Source: a bacterium UBP17_UBA6191
Lineage (GTDB): Bacteria; Muiribacteriota; UBA6191
Direction: 5' to 3'
Assembly (NCBI GenBank): GCA_002422125.1
Contig: DITF01000020.1
Location: 1 to 44,830, forward strand
Length of the DNA stretch: 44,830 nucleotides
The position numbers were made by a program, and so were the translations under genes. Numbering within the stretch: position 1 is the first letter of the stretch; each line of letters begins with the position of its first letter. Positions 40,627 through 44,830 of the stretch are shown in pieces. Below the pieces are notes generated by a model. That model was not told the DNA's origin, made no database searches, and worked only from the letters and a program-made list of their open reading frames with translations.

Positions 40627-41043
40627 ATGAGAATACTACTATTTATGATTCTATGCTTTGTTGTTCGGGCTAATGACAAGGATTTAAAACCAATCCACAG
40701 TTACACCATAGAGTTTCAATTTGTGGATGCCGATCAAAAAACTGAATCCTGGTTTTGTCGAACTTCAGGATCTTCTGACTGCGGCTTCATTGGCTCCACG
40801 GAAAAAATCGAACTTCAGACCAGGGCCAAACTTTACGCCAAGGAGTCTCGCTTATTGATGGATTATTTTTTCACCCGCAGCGATCCCGAAAAGAGGCGCA
40901 AATTTTCCAGTGAGGGAACAATAATCGTAAAAAACGGACAGCAGGATCTTTTGCAACAGTCTATTTTCGGAACCTTGCGGGTCAAAGTTCAAAGGGAGTT
41001 ACTGGATCCTAAAGCTCTTCTGAATCCAAACTCTGATCTTTGA
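40627..41043 (+). CDS. Hypothetical secreted protein
   Basis: 138 aa with a signal peptide (MRILLFMILCFVVRAND). The promoter TTGCAA-16-TATAGT lies 8 nt upstream of the ATG. Its 3' end overlaps the convergent gene by 35 nt. Confidence 0.45.
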   Translation: MRILLFMILCFVVRANDKDLKPIHSYTIEFQFVDADQKTESWFCRTSGSSDCGFIGSTEKIELQTRAKLYAKESRLLMDYFFTRSDPEKRRKFSSEGTIIVKNGQQDLLQQSIFGTLRVKVQRELLDPKALLNPNSDL

Positions 41044-41959
41044 TCGGATGCAAAAATATTTCTGCCAGCATACAACGAACACTTCCCCCTCCAAGTCGCT
41101 CGATTACAGGAATCTCTGCGGCCAGAATGGGTCCATCCTGAGCAATTAAAGCCAATTGATCCAGATTCAGGCTCTCGTGAGCCGTTTTAGACATGGCCGT
41201 TAATAGCCCATCATCTGGGGTGCTAAGCTGTAAAATATTGCCGGCAAACTGATGCATTTGTTTATAGTCAATGCGCATGATCTCACGGCCAGAGTTTTTC
41301 AAAGCCTTCTGCACCATTTGTCTCTCTCTTAAATCTGGAATAGCATCCAAACAAATTGCGGCATAAGAATGTCCAAGGGCCATGAGCACATTGGTGTGAT
41401 ATATCTCCGTCCCATCGCGATTTTTAGCCTCAAATGCCACTAGCTCATAACCAAGATCGCTGGCGATTTTTTGCAAAAGTTTTTTAGTCGTTCTTGAGGA
41501 CAAACAGGCATAAACCACCTTATGCGCCCGATCAAAAATCATCGAGCCCGTACCCTCCACAATTTCCCCATCCAACTCCCAATTAGAATAATCGATAATT
41601 TTTTCTATTTTATGCGTTCTGGAAAGGCTGGTTAAAATATCTCCCCGTCTCTCAAGCCGACGATTTTCAGCCAGCATCGGGTACAATACCACCGTGCCAT
41701 CGGAATGAGTGCTAAACCAGTTATTGGGAAAAATGGAATCGGGAGTGTGCGGCTCTTCGGTATCTGATACTAAAATGACCTGAACCCCGTAACTCCTCAG
41801 CCCATCGGCTAAGGTTAAAAATTCCGATCTGGCCTGAGCCTGGGCATCTGGCTCCGTGGCTTCCGGGGCTTTTTGAAATACATTACTGGTCGCTGTCTGG
41901 GGATTAAATCCAAAAGCAACCGGGGCAATCATAAGTACGGCTGTAGCTTGTTTTGTCAT
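41009..41959 (-). CDS. Amidinotransferase-fold enzyme (arginine deiminase-related / CtlX-like citrulline-utilisation hydrolase family)
   Basis: 316 aa. The N-terminus AVLMIAPVAFGFNPQTA and the C-terminal catalytic-Cys context GGGSVRCMLAEIF are typical of the guanidino-group-modifying enzyme superfamily. Confidence 0.75.
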   Translation of the reverse strand: MTKQATAVLMIAPVAFGFNPQTATSNVFQKAPEATEPDAQAQARSEFLTLADGLRSYGVQVILVSDTEEPHTPDSIFPNNWFSTHSDGTVVLYPMLAENRRLERRGDILTSLSRTHKIEKIIDYSNWELDGEIVEGTGSMIFDRAHKVVYACLSSRTTKKLLQKIASDLGYELVAFEAKNRDGTEIYHTNVLMALGHSYAAICLDAIPDLRERQMVQKALKNSGREIMRIDYKQMHQFAGNILQLSTPDDGLLTAMSKTAHESLNLDQLALIAQDGPILAAEIPVIERLGGGSVRCMLAEIFLHPIKDQSLDSEEL

Positions 41960-41965
41960 AAAAGC

Positions 41966-42010
41966 AGTCTAAGTCAGATGCGTCTTGAAGACAATCTGTT
42001 ATGGTAGACT
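41966..42010. promoter_or_regulatory. Back-to-back divergent promoters with identical -10 hexamers
   Basis: TAGACT + 6 nt + ATG occurs on both strands. On the minus strand it is 41971-41966, leading to the ATG at 41959, with TTGTCT at a 17-nt spacing. On the plus strand it is 42005-42010, leading to the ATG at 42017. The palindrome GTCTT-g-AAGAC at 41982-41992 lies between them. Confidence 0.4.
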
Positions 42011-42016
42011 CTTGGC

Positions 42017-43417
42017 ATGGGATTTTATTCAAATCAGAAAATCAGGTTGGGCGTAACTGGTCTATCCCGCAGCGGCAAAACCGTATTTTTGACTTCTTTA
42101 ATACACCAGCTTCTGCGCGACACAGAAATTCATGAATCCATCGAGGCCTCACGGCATAGAATGCGGGCTTTACCTTTTTTAGATGCTGTACATCAGGAAA
42201 GACTACTGCATGTGTCTCTTGATCCCAACCCCCATAAAACTCTGCCGCCCTTCCGCTACGAACGCTTTGCCAGAAGCCTGCTTTCCGATCATCCCGAATG
42301 GCCAGATTCCACTTCCGATATTTCATTTTTGCGCCTCAATTTCCATTTTATTTCCAAAAATGGTTGGCATCGAACCCTGTTTGGGCAAAATGTTTTATCC
42401 TTGGAAATTGTAGATTATCCTGGGGAATGGCTTTTGGATCTCCCGCTACTAAGCCTCTCTTACGCGGAATGGTCTAATCAAATGCTGGTTTTATTTGAAG
42501 AAAAGCATAGAAGGAATCGGGCTGTTGCCTGGCTGGAGCAGGTGGCAAAAACCGATCCAAAGTCTTTAGGCACTCCAGATTTGATCCAGGAAATGCGGCA
42601 AAAGTTTGCTCATGCCCTCAAGTCCTTAAAATACGATGGTTTCAGCTTCATACAGCCCGGTCGATTTGTAATGCCTGGAGATATTTCCGAAACCTCAGAG
42701 CTTCTTGCCTTCTGCCCCCTACCTTACCAAAACGGTGTGGAGCAACCTGGCACACTGTACGCCACCATGCAGAAAAACTATCAACGGTACTGTCAGGAAC
42801 TGGTCAAACCCTTTTACAAGCAATGGATGTCGGGACTCGACAAACAAATTGTTTTGGTTGATCTTTTGGAGAATCTAAACCGTGGTCACGACCATTTCTG
42901 CGACACCCAAGAAGCACTCAAGACTATACTAAAACACTTTCGCCACTCTAGTAAGGGATGGCTTGACTGGATGAGCCCCAGCATTGACAAAGTGCTTTTC
43001 ACTGTCACCAAAATCGATCATGTCGGACCACTACAGGCCAACAACTGCCGTCTCTTACTCGAAGATGTGCTATTAGATGCCATGCGTGTCATGGGAATGC
43101 ATGGGGTAGAGTGTAAAACCGAAGCCATTGCCTCGCTTTTGAGCTCACATTTTCAAGAAGAATTGCTGGAAGGCAAGCGCTTTCAAAAAGTCATTGGGCA
43201 AGAGGGCCGTGACAGAACACCAGTTAGTATCTATCCCGGTGAGGTGCCTCAAAGCATCCCAAGTGGCAAAGAATGGCAAAAGATTGAAGCAGCCAAGGCC
43301 AGAGGGGAATCTTTTTGTTTTCCTACCTTCAACCCCCCATTGCTGGAATCTCGCTCCATGGCCCATATTCACCTCGATAAAGTGATTCAGTTTCTTCTAG
43401 GAGACAATCTGAAATGA
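42017..43417 (+). CDS. ycjX: YcjX-family P-loop NTPase (DUF463)
   Basis: 466 aa with the N-terminal P-loop RLGVTGLSRSGKTVFLTSLIHQL. Its length and its ATGA-coupled downstream YcjF-like gene match the conserved ycjXF pair. Confidence 0.85.
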   Translation: MGFYSNQKIRLGVTGLSRSGKTVFLTSLIHQLLRDTEIHESIEASRHRMRALPFLDAVHQERLLHVSLDPNPHKTLPPFRYERFARSLLSDHPEWPDSTSDISFLRLNFHFISKNGWHRTLFGQNVLSLEIVDYPGEWLLDLPLLSLSYAEWSNQMLVLFEEKHRRNRAVAWLEQVAKTDPKSLGTPDLIQEMRQKFAHALKSLKYDGFSFIQPGRFVMPGDISETSELLAFCPLPYQNGVEQPGTLYATMQKNYQRYCQELVKPFYKQWMSGLDKQIVLVDLLENLNRGHDHFCDTQEALKTILKHFRHSSKGWLDWMSPSIDKVLFTVTKIDHVGPLQANNCRLLLEDVLLDAMRVMGMHGVECKTEAIASLLSSHFQEELLEGKRFQKVIGQEGRDRTPVSIYPGEVPQSIPSGKEWQKIEAAKARGESFCFPTFNPPLLESRSMAHIHLDKVIQFLLGDNLK

Positions 43418-44400
43418 AACCCCAGAAACAGACCTTAAGCCCAGAAGAATTTCTGAATCTCAAAAAAATCACCTCCCCCTCCCCCGCTTCCGTATCTGCA
43501 ATAACATCTAAAGACCCAATCCTTGTACCTGTTCCCAAACAATCCAAGATCTGGCTCCCATCTACGGCCAGTTTTATGGGACTAAGCCTGATTCTGATTC
43601 TTACCCTTGGGGCCTTTCTTCAAGTAAGCCTGATGGAAGTGTACTCTTACCCCCTGTGGCAGACTTGGCCCAAAATCTGGTTTATCCTTCTTGGTTCTAT
43701 TCCCATACTGGTATGTGTCCGTATCCTGTATCTGGAGGCCAAAACCCTGATTCGGTTTCGCTCTCAGGAGAAAATTCAGGAAGAGCTAAAAAAACTTTAT
43801 ACAGAAAATGACTGGGGTAAGGCCCTGCCTGTTTGCCGACGGCTGGTGGAAAACCAAGCTGGTTCTGATGAATTCAGTGCCTGTATCACTCAGGCCCATA
43901 GCGACTCAGAAATCATTGATTTAATGGATCGAACCGTATTTTCCAGCATGGATCAAAAAGCCATTGCTCTGATTCGTCAAACCGCCAAAGAAACCGCGCT
44001 CTTTACCATGATCAGCCCCTGGGCCTTTGTAGATGCCCTGCTAATGCTTTTTCGTCAAAGCCACCTACTCAGCCAGCTTTGCCATATCTATCGCCTGCGC
44101 CCCGGAAAAATTGGGTTTTTTGCACTTTACGCCAGCATGGTTCGGGATCTGGCTCTAGCTGGAGGCTCCGAAATTCTTTCCGATTCAATATCCGACATTT
44201 TTGGCGGCAGCCTTGTGAGCAAAGTCTCGGCTAAAGCTGGCCAAGGAGTCCTTACCGCTCTTTTAATTGCACGATTTGGCATATTGGCTATCAACCGCAT
44301 CCGACCTCTGCCCTTAAAACAAAATCCACTACCCCTACCCAAGCTACTAAGCGACATTGTCCTAAGTCTTGAAAGCCCCGGACAGCAAAAAGAAAAGTAG
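43414..44400 (+). CDS. ycjF: YcjF-family membrane protein (DUF697)
   Basis: 328 aa with two central TM helices. The conserved C-terminal region is ISPWAFVDALLMLFRQSHLLSQLCHIYRLRPG...LALAGGSEILSD. The start overlaps the ycjX stop (ATGA at 43414-43417). Confidence 0.8.
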   Translation: MKPQKQTLSPEEFLNLKKITSPSPASVSAITSKDPILVPVPKQSKIWLPSTASFMGLSLILILTLGAFLQVSLMEVYSYPLWQTWPKIWFILLGSIPILVCVRILYLEAKTLIRFRSQEKIQEELKKLYTENDWGKALPVCRRLVENQAGSDEFSACITQAHSDSEIIDLMDRTVFSSMDQKAIALIRQTAKETALFTMISPWAFVDALLMLFRQSHLLSQLCHIYRLRPGKIGFFALYASMVRDLALAGGSEILSDSISDIFGGSLVSKVSAKAGQGVLTALLIARFGILAINRIRPLPLKQNPLPLPKLLSDIVLSLESPGQQKEK

Positions 44401-44706
44401 TTCCTTCCGAAACCATTCCCGCTGATTGCAGCATTTCCCAATTCAGATGACCTGAATCTGTCACGGTGTTTGTCGTCACATAAATACCCATCTGTCACGA
44501 AAGATTTGTTTAAAAATCACTTGACAGGTTTTTGGAGGCCGTTTGTGGGTGAGTCTGAATGGTTGGAAAAATTCTTTGTAAGGTGCGCCAAATCCCACAT
44601 ATATGACTTGATATTGACTCCTTTGACCAAAAACGCTCCAATTGCTGTGTTTCCCAGTTTTTAGTGCCTCTGAAGAAGCCAAAAAAACCCGTGGTAGCAT
44701 AAATTT

Positions 44707-44830
44707 ATGCAATCACTACATCTCAAAATCACACAAAGCGTCAAAGAGTACAGAAAACAGGAAGCCATTTTAATTGATTTAGTTCAAGAGGCCGACTTCA
44801 CCAAATTTTATCTGGAACTTGGCTACTCTT
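44707..44830 (+). CDS. 5' end of a gene running off the window; the N-terminus resembles that of HNH-endonuclease-associated proteins
   Basis: An ATG at 44707 opens a frame that stays open to the window end. It reads MQSLHLKITQSVKEYRKQEAILIDLVQEADFTKFYLELGYS. The ...L.EA....Y.ELGYSS pattern recalls N-termini of HNH endonuclease-domain proteins, from memory. TAGCAT lies 6 nt upstream of the ATG. Confidence 0.4.
   Translation, partial: MQSLHLKITQSVKEYRKQEAILIDLVQEADFTKFYLELGYS

Noticed and set aside
44470-44664. 64-aa plus-strand ORF and the 78-aa minus-strand ORF (44476..44712) in the long spacer
   Set aside because: The plus-strand ORF has a TTG start, no SD, no hydrophobic or other motif, and no support from neighbouring gene logic. 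It is kept only as a caveat under the spacer finding.
1-44830. Search for tRNA, rRNA, CRISPR arrays, IS elements, integrases, or long direct/inverted repeats flanking the metal-resistance array
   Set aside because: None were seen. Coding frames fill nearly all the sequence. No spacer is long enough for an rRNA or a CRISPR array. No cloverleaf-like segment is evident in the spacers. No transposase- or integrase-like ORF is present. Mobility of the 20-kb metal array therefore cannot be supported from this window, whose left boundary is also outside it.

Overview
This 44.8-kb window is very gene-dense, with about 36 protein-coding genes and very little non-coding DNA. I found no rRNA, tRNA, CRISPR array, transposase or integrase. 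It comes from a diderm bacterium (TolC-type outer-membrane factors and a lipoprotein are present), but I cannot assign a taxon from sequence alone.

- **1-19890:** one uninterrupted minus-strand array. It holds a P1B-type metal ATPase (edge-truncated, so absent from the ORF track) and three heavy-metal RND efflux pumps. One pump is CusA-like with Met-triad contexts, one is DFG/VEN CzcA-like, and one is a CusA-like variant. The pumps carry unusual small Cys-rich or His-rich accessory proteins, and no regulator is visible.
- **19.9-32.3 kb:** a CaCA antiporter, a dGTPase-like HD protein, secreted hypotheticals, an MFS transporter with a membrane/coiled-coil protein, and a stand-alone AAA+/wHTH/PD-(D/E)xK-like ATPase. 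A RecQ-family helicase here is translationally coupled to a 1,210-codon polytopic membrane protein. That pair is my top candidate for an undescribed system.
- **32.4-37.4 kb:** oxidative-stress genes, namely an FAD oxidoreductase, MsrA, a GST, and a signal-peptide catalase with an ankyrin partner.
- **37.5-44.8 kb:** a large lipoprotein with a Sel1-like protein, an amidinotransferase-fold enzyme, the ycjX-ycjF pair, and the start of an HNH-associated-type gene.

A TAnnnT hexamer recurs 6-12 nt upstream of first-gene ATGs that lack Shine-Dalgarno sequences, which suggests frequent leaderless transcription. All family assignments are from motif recognition by eye; no database search was run.
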